Source of the DNA: Rebecca billardiae RCC1528
Taxonomy: Eukaryota; Protista; Haptophyta
Direction of reading: 5' to 3'
Assembly: GCA_965240325.2 (NCBI GenBank)
Contig: OZ251227.1
Coordinates: 372,001-436,000 of the forward strand
DNA length: 64,000 nucleotides
Shown here: piece after piece, positions 47,800-57,856 of the stretch
Numbering within the stretch: position 1 is the stretch's first letter
Layout of the letters: each line of letters begins with the position of its first letter
Made by a program: the position numbers and the translations under genes
The notes under the pieces: generated by a model
Told to the model about the DNA's origin: nothing
What the model saw: only the letters and a program-made list of their open reading frames with translations
The model's database searches: none

Positions 47800-49515
47800 A
47801 TGGCGGCGACGCGTTTCGGAGCGTGCCAAGCCGAAATGCAGGCGCGCATCACAGAGGCCGAGCGCGACGCGGAGGCGTCGATGATGCAGGTGCAGCTCAG
47901 CCGCAGCCACCTCTCACATTTCTCGGCGTATTCGTCGATGATGGAGCTGGACGCCGACGGCGGCGCCGTGCCGACACCGATGCCCAAAATTCTTCCTCTA
48001 ACCACGTACTTCGCATTTGTAAGCCTGGGGATGGGGACGAGCTGGCTGCTGTGCGATGCGCTCTTCTTGCAGGTGCCCTATCTCGAGATGACGCAGCCAG
48101 AGGGGATGTCCCTCGCGTCGCTGATGACGGTGTGCATCAACGTGGGCAACGTTGCTGTCCTCCTCTTCTTCATCCTCCATCGGTTCTGGCCACATGACGG
48201 TGCCCAGCTCGACGAGATCCTGATGGTGAGCATGATCTGTCTGGGTATCGCGAGCTTGCTGCTCGCCGCACTCTTCTGGCGGGTGCAGGCGGGAGGCTAC
48301 TCCATCGTGCTGCTGGTCGCCGCCGCGGTCGGCGGCTCGATCGGGGCGTTGCGCAACACGGTGCAGATCCCGTGGCTGCTGGCGTACGACAACCGGCTGG
48401 TGAGCGCGAGCGTGCTGGGCTCCGCGTGCGCAGACGCGCTCGTCGCGGTGATCGCTCTCGTGCAGAGGCCTGCAAGCGACGCGCGCGCCTTCGGGCCCAC
48501 CACCTTCTTCGTCATCACCGCTGTGATGGCTGCCCCAAGCCTGCTCGCGTTCGCGGCCATCAAGCGATACAGGCTGGGCAAGCTGCCCGCCACGCCCGAG
48601 CCGGCCCAGACAGAGCATGCGGCGGGTGTGAGCGCGCGCGCGGTCATGCAGCAGGCGAGCTCTCTGTCCACCGTGCGCGAGCACGGCATTGGGCACTCGA
48701 GCACCTGGCCGACGGCTGGTGCAGCCGGCCCAGCGGCGAGCGCGTCGACAGGCAGTGGCATCAGCAATGGCGTCGGCGCACCGGGCAAAGGCGCGCCAGG
48801 CGATGCCGGGCAGCCGAGCGAGGCGGGTATGCGCGCATGGCGCTCATGCCGGGACGGCCCCACCCTGTGTGACAGCTTTGACGTTGACCTCGCCGCCGGG
48901 TCCACCGGCGACGGGCTCACGATCGACGCACGGCCACGTGCTCGCGGACTGGCAGGGAGCGGCGGGCGACGCTGCTGCGGCACGGGCGCCCTGCCAGAGT
49001 GGTCCTGTCGCGCGGCGCGGCTGTTTCTGCTCTTCGCGCTGGTCCAGGCCGTCGTCTGGGGCATCACCCCCGGGCTCCTCCCCTACGCCGCGCAGCGCGT
49101 CGCCGATGCGCACGGTGGCTGGACCGGCCCCGAGCTGCTGCAGTTCTCGGTCTCCTTCTCCTACCTCGGGCTGGTGGCCGGCTCGTGGCTGTCGCTCTTG
49201 CGGCCGCTTTTCGCGGTCGGGCGACAGTCAGGCCTCGTCGTGCTGTGCGCGCTGGTGCAGATTGTGCTCGCCTTCGACACGTCGCTCGTGCTCGCACCGT
49301 ACGTCCCCGCCTGGCTCCTGGTGACCAGCGTCTTCATGATGAGGGCCTTGGACGGCTTCACGACGAGCATGATCTTCCGATCCGTGTCTGTTGACGAGCG
49401 CTACGGCGACAAGCAGGAGTTTGTGCAGCGCGGCATCACGCTCAGTGAGCGCGTGTCCACCCCCATCGGCGCGACTGTGGTGTACGCCGTGGTGAGGGCA
49501 GTGCTGCAGCGATGA
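47800..49515 (+). CDS. SLC52-like (riboflavin transporter family) multi-pass membrane protein
   Basis: GMGTSWLLCDALFLQVPYLEMTQPEGMSLASLMTVCINVGN resembles the SLC52 N-terminal signature (GMGSW...WVELP......PEGW.LPSY). About 11 TM segments with a large central loop. Confidence 0.7.
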   Translation: MAATRFGACQAEMQARITEAERDAEASMMQVQLSRSHLSHFSAYSSMMELDADGGAVPTPMPKILPLTTYFAFVSLGMGTSWLLCDALFLQVPYLEMTQPEGMSLASLMTVCINVGNVAVLLFFILHRFWPHDGAQLDEILMVSMICLGIASLLLAALFWRVQAGGYSIVLLVAAAVGGSIGALRNTVQIPWLLAYDNRLVSASVLGSACADALVAVIALVQRPASDARAFGPTTFFVITAVMAAPSLLAFAAIKRYRLGKLPATPEPAQTEHAAGVSARAVMQQASSLSTVREHGIGHSSTWPTAGAAGPAASASTGSGISNGVGAPGKGAPGDAGQPSEAGMRAWRSCRDGPTLCDSFDVDLAAGSTGDGLTIDARPRARGLAGSGGRRCCGTGALPEWSCRAARLFLLFALVQAVVWGITPGLLPYAAQRVADAHGGWTGPELLQFSVSFSYLGLVAGSWLSLLRPLFAVGRQSGLVVLCALVQIVLAFDTSLVLAPYVPAWLLVTSVFMMRALDGFTTSMIFRSVSVDERYGDKQEFVQRGITLSERVSTPIGATVVYAVVRAVLQR

Positions 49516-49708
49516 GATGGACTGCTGTGACGCCAGTCATGAGACACTGACGGTACGACGGTTCCGAGTGACTCACAGTAGGGACTGACCACTCAGTCAT
49601 CTGGAACTTGCTGGATCTCACTCGCATCCGTCATCGGATCGATCGACCCATCCTCAGACCTCACTCCTCAGTCCGTCAGATACTCAGATCAGACTACCAT
49701 TCGTCAGC

Positions 49709-51049
49709 ATGGCGGTCGATTTCCTCGCGGCCCTGGGCGTGCTCACACTGCTTGTTCATGCCACTCAGGCGCGGCATCCTGCGCCGCTGAGCGACATCAC
49801 GCTGTGCCAGGCAATCGTGCACGAACTTCACGTTGAGATCCGCAAGTTCGACATGCGCCAGCGCGGCGAGGAGGACATCTACGACACGGTTCCAGCTATC
49901 TGCCTCGCGCTCGTGCGCGGGTACACGTACCAGGAGCCCAACAATGACGGTGTGCCCTGGAGGCTGGTGAAGCAGCCTGAGGCGGATGACGACGCGGGGT
50001 ACGAGCCCGCTCCGTCGGTTGAAGCCATGCTGGCCATCAAGGCTGCATGCGAGACCTTCACCGACGAGTGGCACCAGCAGCTGTCCGAGCTGATGTACAA
50101 GCACGTGATGGAGTGCAGCGCTGAGGAGATCGCCGCCGGCTTCTGCCCGGATGCCATCAGGCAGGGGCGCGCCGACGTGGCCTCGGCCACACGAGGCGCA
50201 TCTGGCCAGACCGTCCCGCGCGCCCAGAAGAAGAAGAAGCGGAAGCAGAAGAAGGAGCCCGCGAACGCAGCTGCGGAGGAGACGGTGCCTGACTATGCGT
50301 CGATGCTGGACCAGTTCGACACCGACGGCTCCCTGCGCCGGCTGATGCAGCTCGAGGCGGAGTCGCCCGACGCCATGCTCGAGGACGCGCAGCGCGACTT
50401 GATCGAGGCCGGCGCCGAGCAGCTCAGCTGCTCTGTCTGCGGTCTGCTCGTCCGGCTCGCACGCGCACGTGCCGCCAAGCTGCCACATGCCCTGGCGGGT
50501 GCGAGCGAGGATGAGCTCGTCTCGCTGGTCGATGGGCTGTGCATGGGCGAGCTGCGCCGCGAGGACGGACTGCCGGAGTACGCGGGCAACCCACCGGCAT
50601 GGGCTGTCGAACGCTTTGAGGCGCGGCACGACAAAGCCACCGGCTGGCAGCTACAACAGCTGAGTCGCGACGACCGTCGGGCGCGCAAGCGCGACCCCCC
50701 GCCGTACGACGACGTAGTCATCTCATCCGCCATCCTGACGCGCGCCTGCAAGCGCGTGCTCCTGGGCGATGGCGAGGATGACTCGGACGTGGACAACGAT
50801 CTTGCGACGCTGCTCTACTTGGGACGCTCAGCCGCCGACGACGGTGCTGGCGTGCGCGAGCGCTTGTGCGCAAGGTGGTGCGGGGCTGGTGCAGCGGACC
50901 GCCACGCCCACAGCAACCGCGCAGACCCCGCACTCGCAGGCTACGATCATCGCGATAAGGATGACACCGATGTGACAGCCGCAGCCGCCCGTGTTGACGC
51001 AGCCCGCAGTGGCAATGCACGACAGCGCCGTCGTCAGGATGAGCTGTAG
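49709..51049 (+). CDS. ER-luminal Canopy/DUF3456-like protein with two saposin-like domains
   Basis: Signal peptide, two Cys patterns (C..IV..L...C...AC...FC and CSVC...LC...AC...LC), and C-terminal QDEL. Confidence 0.7.
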   Translation: MAVDFLAALGVLTLLVHATQARHPAPLSDITLCQAIVHELHVEIRKFDMRQRGEEDIYDTVPAICLALVRGYTYQEPNNDGVPWRLVKQPEADDDAGYEPAPSVEAMLAIKAACETFTDEWHQQLSELMYKHVMECSAEEIAAGFCPDAIRQGRADVASATRGASGQTVPRAQKKKKRKQKKEPANAAAEETVPDYASMLDQFDTDGSLRRLMQLEAESPDAMLEDAQRDLIEAGAEQLSCSVCGLLVRLARARAAKLPHALAGASEDELVSLVDGLCMGELRREDGLPEYAGNPPAWAVERFEARHDKATGWQLQQLSRDDRRARKRDPPPYDDVVISSAILTRACKRVLLGDGEDDSDVDNDLATLLYLGRSAADDGAGVRERLCARWCGAGAADRHAHSNRADPALAGYDHRDKDDTDVTAAAARVDAARSGNARQRRRQDEL

Positions 51050-51478
51050 CCGCCTATGGCAATTCGTGTAGCGCGCTATTAATTGCTAGCTATACTATAT
51101 ATAATAATAATATATATATATATATAATAAGCCGTTCCGCGGCGGCACCGTAATATTACTAGAATCAGACTGAAGTAGCAGTATAGTATGTGATATATAT
51201 ATATATATATATATATGGCTCCACTCTCATAAAAGGTAAAAAGCAGAAAACCACGCCCTTATCAAAAAACAAACGGCGTCGTCGTCACGGTAGTCAACAG
51301 TCTGTCCCTGAGTTGTCCTAACTCAGACCACTGGGAATTTGGTCTTGGATATTTTGGGCTTACTCGCGTGTTTTGCCCCGTGCCGAGGGCAGCTGATCAA
51401 ATTGTAAAAGATGACGATCGACATATTATTTTGATCAAATAAAAATAAGGGACGGGGCCGGGGGCCGCGACGAGATGT

Positions 51479-51483
<5 letters not shown>

Positions 51484-51568
<85 letters not shown>
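51484..51568. repeat. (TA)~42 microsatellite (a second shorter tract lies at 51193-51216)
   Basis: Read directly. Confidence 0.95.
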
Positions 51569-51571
<3 letters not shown>

Positions 51572-51789
51572 GTGCGGATTATTCGTCCGTATTCGGATGA
51601 AATCGCGGCGTCACAGCTTACTTACGGCAGATCACCTGACTGATTTTATCAGCGAGGCCCATCCGAGCCAGCCTGGGATATGTGCCGATGTGCGCGCGCG
51701 GTCATCATCGTCAATTATTCAATTATTGATCGGCGGAAGTCACAGCGTCCGCGCCGCCGCCATTTATAATGATTTATATTCCCGCGTAT

Positions 51790-53410
51790 ATATGACCGCG
51801 TTCCGCGGTCCTTTTCCGTAGAACGAACGTAGTTCGGGGCCCGCGGTGGCGGTGCACCCTCCGTCGCAGTCGTCCCGTACACGTGTAACTAGACTCCATC
51901 CAGCGGCGCGCCGCCCCAGCGCCGCGCCGCCGCCGGCGTGCGCCGAGTGTGGATGTCGGTCGTCGGCCGAGCTGCCCTCATCACAGACGGCCCTTACCTG
52001 ACCCCCTGCGCGTGCGCGACGGCCGACAGGCGGATGCGACTCGGCGTGATCGACGCACGAGCGCGACTCTTGCACGCCAGGCCACCGGCGGAGCTGACTG
52101 ACAGCCAGGGAGCCGGACGGCGCGGGACCGCGCGGATTCGACCGTTCGTTCGGGCCTGCCGCTGACCGTCGTCGCCGCGACGCCAGCAGCGCAGGAGTAG
52201 ATGATCTGCAGGTCAGTAGGGTTCGACCTGCGCGCCTGCGCGACGGCCGACAGGCGGGCGCGAGGCGTGAGCGACGCATGAGCGCGACTCTACGTGCACA
52301 CCAGGCACCACGCGGCCGAGCTGACTGACCGCGAGCCAGGGAGCACGGTGCGAGCAGCCATGCAGCACCGGTGCTTGCGCGCGCCGCGCGTGCACGGGGT
52401 GACACACCTCGGTCAGGCTCGGCACGCGTCGCAGAGGCACGGCCAGCTCTGGGCACGCCAGGCGCCCAGGCCACGCGGAGCTGACAGCCACGGGGAGCCG
52501 ACGGCGCGCGGGGCCGCGGCCAGTTCCGAGTTCGACTTGCGCCTGCTCTGAAGAAGAGTTCTGGGAGACCCTGGCGGAGAGGCATGGCAAGGGGGGCGTG
52601 TGGTGAAGTCGGAGACTCCGAGATCGATCAGTCCGGCATCATGCGCCGCTGCCCCCGAGCTTGCGAGAGCCCGAACACAGGGCGGCGGCTGCGGCGGCGG
52701 CGGCGCGGCCGCGCGCCGGCCGGCCGCGCAGGCATCGACAGGGCGCGGCAGGGGCGTGCGGAGTGACTAGTGAGCGGGCACGAACGCGATGTCGACGGCC
52801 GTCGGGACCCGCCGCAGACGCGCGCTCCAGGCGCCACTCGGCACTTGCCACGCGCACCTGCCCATCGAGCGCCCCCTTGCGGACCAACCAAGAGTCGTCG
52901 AGGCGCGCTCGCCACCCCAGCAGAAGAAACCTGCACAGCACGTCGTCCTTGCGACGACGGCAGGTTTTGAGCTCGCCAGCTCGGTAAGTCAGTGACTATG
53001 GAATGGGCTGGCAACGAATAGCTGCGCGGGTATTTTCAATAAGGCTTGCGGGTTTTAGACTCTAGATACCAACCGCCGCGAAGCCAAGTTCATATTCATC
53101 AAGGCGGAGGCAAACTATCACACATGAACGAGAGTCTACCCACAAAATCGCGCTCGTAACGAACCGTTACGTTAATGTCACGTCCAGCTGACGTCCAGAT
53201 CGCACTTTACTTAAGGGAATGAGCTGGACGCGCTTATTTTCGGCCTAATAGACCTCTCTATGCGATCTCAAAAACTCGAAACTCGGTCTCCGCCAGCCCT
53301 AAAAATCGCCCCCCGTCCCTTTTTTCTTGATCAAAGATCTTTTTGAAACGTGGTTCGGGCCCGCTGGTGCGGGCTCCACGCTGCGCGCTCCGCCCTGCAC
53401 CGCGGGCCAT
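51790..53410 (-). mobile_element. Hairpin-ended element, copy B
   Basis: Same 35-bp and 53-bp termini as A. Interior homologous to D; last ~267 bp nearly identical to the first ~270 bp of C. Confidence 0.85.
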
Positions 53411-53742
53411 TATACGTATATATATATATATATGACTAGCTGATACGATTACTGCTGCCGGCGGATGATCATGATATATCGCCGAGCAGGAGGAGCAGCT
53501 TCGAACGAAGCAGGATATTACAGTCATCAGTGATGCGTCATGCACGGCATATAGTAGCTGGCTTACTTCTGAGTATGCCAGGCCCACCACTGACATTCAA
53601 AGTTCATTAGGATTCATGTGCTCGGTGACGCCTGTTGACGGTTGCGCCTCAGCAGCGCCGTTGCGTGCGGGCTTGCGTCGTAGTACGTGCCGGCCAGCGC
53701 CAGCAGGGGCATGGCCGCGTCCCGGAAGGAGGACTGGCGACG

Positions 53743-54360
53743 CTACTTCCACTCCACAAAGTCAACGTTGAGCATGTTCTTGAGCTTGGAGAACGGGCCT
53801 TGCTTCTTTTTCATCTCGTCGCGCATCGCAGTCATCTCCGGCCAGATCTCAGCGAGGTCAGAGTCGGCAAGGATGCGAATGAACTGCTGCTCAGGGTTGT
53901 CGGTGGACTGGATGAAGGCTTGCAGCCTCTGGAGCGCGTCCTCCTTCGAGCCCAGCTTGAGGAGGCAGCACGCAATATTGTACTCGGCAATGGCCAACTG
54001 AGCCGGGGATGCAAAGCGCGTCTCCACCAATCCGCGAGGGTTAGGTGGCTGGCTCTTGTCACCGGGGGTCTGCGAGCCAGGCGACATGCGCACAACGTCG
54101 TAGCCTGCGCCAGGCAAGCCTTTGGCCTCCTCGAAGCGCTTCATCGCCGCCTCAAAGTCCCCAGCCGAGAAGCACGCGAGCGCCAGCTTCTCAGCCTCCT
54201 CGTACGTCTTCGGCTTTGGTGGGCTCGGTGGAGGCGGCGGGGCGGGGGTTTCGCTCATGCCAACGCGTGCGTGTGGACTCATACGGCTCGCGACCAGCCG
54301 CTCCGACGCCAGTAGCCTGACGTGACCGCATGTCAGCGCCACGACAAGCGCGGCGAGCAT
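53743..54360 (-). CDS. Small TPR protein, probably plastid-targeted (MET1-type TPR)
   Basis: Signal/transit-like N-terminus, TPR helices GDFEAAMKRFEEA and AEYNIACCLLKLGSKEDALQRL, followed by IRILADSDL. Confidence 0.75.
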   Translation of the reverse strand: MLAALVVALTCGHVRLLASERLVASRMSPHARVGMSETPAPPPPPSPPKPKTYEEAEKLALACFSAGDFEAAMKRFEEAKGLPGAGYDVVRMSPGSQTPGDKSQPPNPRGLVETRFASPAQLAIAEYNIACCLLKLGSKEDALQRLQAFIQSTDNPEQQFIRILADSDLAEIWPEMTAMRDEMKKKQGPFSKLKNMLNVDFVEWK

Positions 54361-54440
54361 ACCCACGTGCGTTCGGCGGTCCGGTTCTCGGGTTGTGCCG
54401 GGCTCGAGGAGCCAGCGTAGCGTTCGTGGCGGGCGAAAGC

Positions 54441-55614
54441 ATGGCGGCGCGAGTCGAGGCCGAGCGACTGGACAACCTACTCGAGAACGTGTGCGGCGTG
54501 GATGTGCGCTCGCTCGGTGCGTGCGCCGCGCCCATGCACGTGCGTGCGCGCTATGCCCCTTGCCGACACCCACCCCCGCGCCCTTCGCGATGGTGCGTTT
54601 GCGCCGCCACGCCGCGCAGCAATCGACAGCGCAGCGCGACCGGATGAAGCGCGCGTGCGCACCTATTTCCTGAGCTTTGCACGCAAGTACGCAGACATCG
54701 GCGCCTCCAACGACTACCCAGAAGCTGATGCCACCGCTCTCCGCCTGCTCGACGTGCTTCTGAGCGTGCGTCCGGACGACCTCGGCGCGCTTACACTGCG
54801 CGCGGAAGTGCGCCAGCGCGGCGGCGACGAGCAGGACGCACTCGATGCGCTCCAGGAGTTGGATCTGGCGCGACGGCTCTCGATATCAGGGCGTTCGTCG
54901 CTCACTCCTTCTGCCGGCATGCACACGCCTCGCCCCTCGCCGCTGCGCCCGGCCAACCAGGGCGCACCCCTCAGCAGCTGCGCTCGGCTGGCAATTGGCA
55001 CACCCATGACCTCCGCGCGCGGCAGCGGTGTGCCCGCACCGCCGTGGGCGTCGGCAGCGTTCACGCCGTCCGCGAGCCAGCCCCGTTCTGCGTGCAAGTC
55101 TGTCGCCGGCCTCGCCCCTACGGCCACGCAGCCTTCGCCGCTGGCCACCCCGACTGTGCCGTCGACACCGCTTGCGCGTGGCCGTGGCGCCAGCGCGCCC
55201 GGCCACTCAGCCGGGACGTCGGCGGGGGCATCGAGCGCGGCGAGCCCGGCGCGCATGTCGGCCTCACGTGGCGTGCTCGGCCGCAAGGGAGGGCCGCCGC
55301 CTTCCGCCGGCGGCGCGCAGAGCGCCGCGGAGGTGCTCGCCGCTGCGCGCTCACCTCGCGCAGGCGCACCGCCGTCGCCAGCGCCAGGAACACCCTTTTC
55401 CACGAACAGCGCGCAGCACAGCGCTGCCGGGCTGACTCGCGCCGGCGCCGCCTCGAGCGCAGCACAGCTGCAGACAGAGATCCGCCAGTGGAGCCGCCAG
55501 TTGGGGCGTCTGCAGGCGGCCGGCAGGAGCTTCCGCGAGCGTTCTGGGCCCGAATCGGAATGGGTCAGGAACTACCCGGGTGCTTCGGATTCGCCAGCTT
55601 TGCGCGCAGCCTAA
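54441..55614 (+). CDS. Hypothetical protein (helical N-terminus, S/P/A-rich tail), 2 exons
   Basis: ATG 54441 MAARVEAERLDNLL. GT-AG intron 54517-54619 joins it to the 54502-55614 frame. Confidence 0.65.
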
Positions 55615-55949
55615 TGTCGGGCCTCATTGGCGTCCCTGTGGCCTGTCCGTGAAACTGATGACATGGCCGGCGTGGCCGGGGGGGGGGGGGGGCGGGGCAC
55701 CCTGACCCAGCCGCCGGCGCCGTCGGGCGTGGGCGTGGGCCACCGCCGTGGGGACTTATAATAGCCGCCACTGGCACTGCCCGCGCGGCTGCGGGCCTTA
55801 GGTTATACCGGGGTACGGCCTGCGTTCCGGCCTATGCCAAGTATGATATGAGACTTATGCGCGGCATCGCAGCATTGTATAATTTGTAATCAGTCGTCGT
55901 ATTATTTGTATACGCGACATAATCAGACAGCATTCATCAGTACGTAGTC

Positions 55950-57665
55950 ATGGCCCGCGGTGCAGGGCGGAGCGCGCAGCGTGGAGCCCGCACCAGCGGG
56001 CCCGAACCACGTTTCAAAATAAAGATCTTTGATCAAGAAAAAAGGGACGGGGGGCGATTTTTAGGGCTGGCGGAGACCGAGTTTCGAGTTTTTGAGATCG
56101 CATAGAGAGGTCTATTAGGCCGAAAATAAGCGCGTCCAGCTGATTCCCTTAAGTAAAGTGCGATCTGGACGTCAGCTGGACGTGACATTAGTGTAACGGT
56201 TCGTTACGAGCGCGATTTTAAGTATGAGATTGCCGCCAACCGCCAACCGATAAAAACGGCAAGGCAAGGGCTCGGGAAACTTGATCACTTGTAAATGTGA
56301 ATAGTAAAATGCTCTCCCCGAGCGCGCCTGTCGCCTCGCAGGCCGCGCGTCTCGCCCTCTCCTCGCTCCGCTCTCCCCGAGGCTGAGCTCGCGGCCCGCC
56401 TGTCACCTCGCAGGCGCGCGCCACGGACACATGCGCGACGAGATCGCGGCGGGGGCGGCGAGATCGCGGCGGGGGCGACGGGCAACAACCTGCCCGCGGG
56501 CGCGTTCGTCACTCGAGGAGCAGCGCGCAAGGGCGAGCCGAGTCCGGAGCACGCGAGCTCGTCGCTCGCCGACCGGAGCAGAGCGCGCCGCCCGCCGCCG
56601 CCGAGCGAGCGGCGCGGCAGAGCTGATGAGCCGGATGCGCCCGGAGCTCGCGCGGCTGAAGGGCGAGCTCGAGCACGCGAGCTCGCGCCTCGACGCCGAG
56701 CGCGAGCTCCTCCTCAACTCGGTCGACGGCGGCGCGGAGGTCCGGCAGCAGCGTGAGGACTCACAGACAGTGTGAGTGAGCCGCGCGCAGCTCAGCCTGC
56801 CGCTGGCAGCCGCCGTCTTCGAGGCCGACGCGGCGGAGGAGGCGGCGGGCGAGCACGGCGGCGCGGTGGAGCAGGCGCGCACGCGCGGCGGCAGGCGCGA
56901 CGCGCCGCTCGCCTCGTTCCACCGCCCCGAGCTCCGCTCGGTCGGTCTCGGTGCGCGGCTGCGCAGCCGGCAGGCCGGCGGGCCAGCAGTCTGCAGTGGC
57001 GCGCGCTCTCGCTCTGCCGGCACGAGGCGTGCCGGCTGAGCAACCAGCGGCCCGTCGTCGAGCGCATGGCGCAGGGCGAGTACCTCAAGCAGGTGCGCCC
57101 GCTCGCGCGCACGCGCCGGCTCGCGCTCTCGCTCTGCCGGCACGAGGCGTGCCGGCTGAGCAACCAGCGGCCCGTCGTCGAGCGCATGGCGCAGGGCGAG
57201 TACCTCAAGCAGGTGCGCCCGCTCGCGCGCACGCGCCGGCTCGCGACCAGCGGCCCTTCGTCGAGCGCATGGCGCAGCGCGAGCACCTTGCAAGCTGAAG
57301 CAGGTGCGCCCGCACGCGCGCACGCGCCGGCCCGGCGCCGCGCGGCGCCTCTCGCCCTCTCGCCCTGCGCGCGCCGCCGCCTCGCTTCCCCGCGCGGCCC
57401 GTCCGCGCCTCTCGCCCTGCGAGCGCGCCGCCCCGCTTCCCCGCGCGGCCCGTCCGCTGGTGTCCCATGCCACCCTTGGCCGTGCGCGCCCGCATACTCG
57501 CGCCGAGTCCGAGACTCGGTCTCGGGTCTGACTCTCCCTCTCAGAGTGGCTGAACTGTCTTTCTGACTCGGACTGACTGACTCGTCAGTCTCATTCTCAA
57601 CCACTGCGCCGCGGGCCCCGAACTGCGTTGGTTCTACGGAAAAGGACCGCGGAACGCGGTCATAT
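55950..57665 (+). mobile_element. Hairpin-ended element, copy C
   Basis: Starts ATGGCCCGCGGTGCAGG and ends GGACCGCGGAACGCGGTCATAT. Interior homologous to A. Confidence 0.85.
57002..57331 (+). repeat. 120-bp tandem duplication (2 perfect + 1 partial) in the cargo of copy C
   Basis: Lines 57001-57120 and 57121-57240 are identical except the first base. The unit encodes ALSLCRHEACRLSNQRPVVERMAQGEYLKQ followed by a CAG|GTGCGC donor-like site. Confidence 0.9.
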
Positions 57666-57856
57666 TGCTGTATATATATATTGTATATCACATGCTGACA
57701 CTATTATGTCGGTCTGTCATGGCAATGCCAATGGTTGTGCGGGTGCCGACGGCCCACTGCCCACTGCCGCCACTGCGCTGGTCAGGAGTAAAGTCTGAGC
57801 CGCTTGATGCGCTTCTGCGGGGCCCGACGCCGCCTATTCGACGCAGCATGGTTCAT

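Noticed and set aside
53144-56219. Composite transposon with ~270-bp TIRs carrying the two genes at 53743-55614
   Set aside because: The inverted repeats are the 5' ends of two separate elements (B and C). The conserved termini face the genes, so the genes lie outside both elements.
55950-57665. Fanzor/TnpB, Rep-helicase or tyrosine recombinase ORF within the hairpin elements
   Set aside because: No RuvC, HUH, helicase or R-H-R-Y motifs recognised in any of the four copies; all appear non-autonomous.
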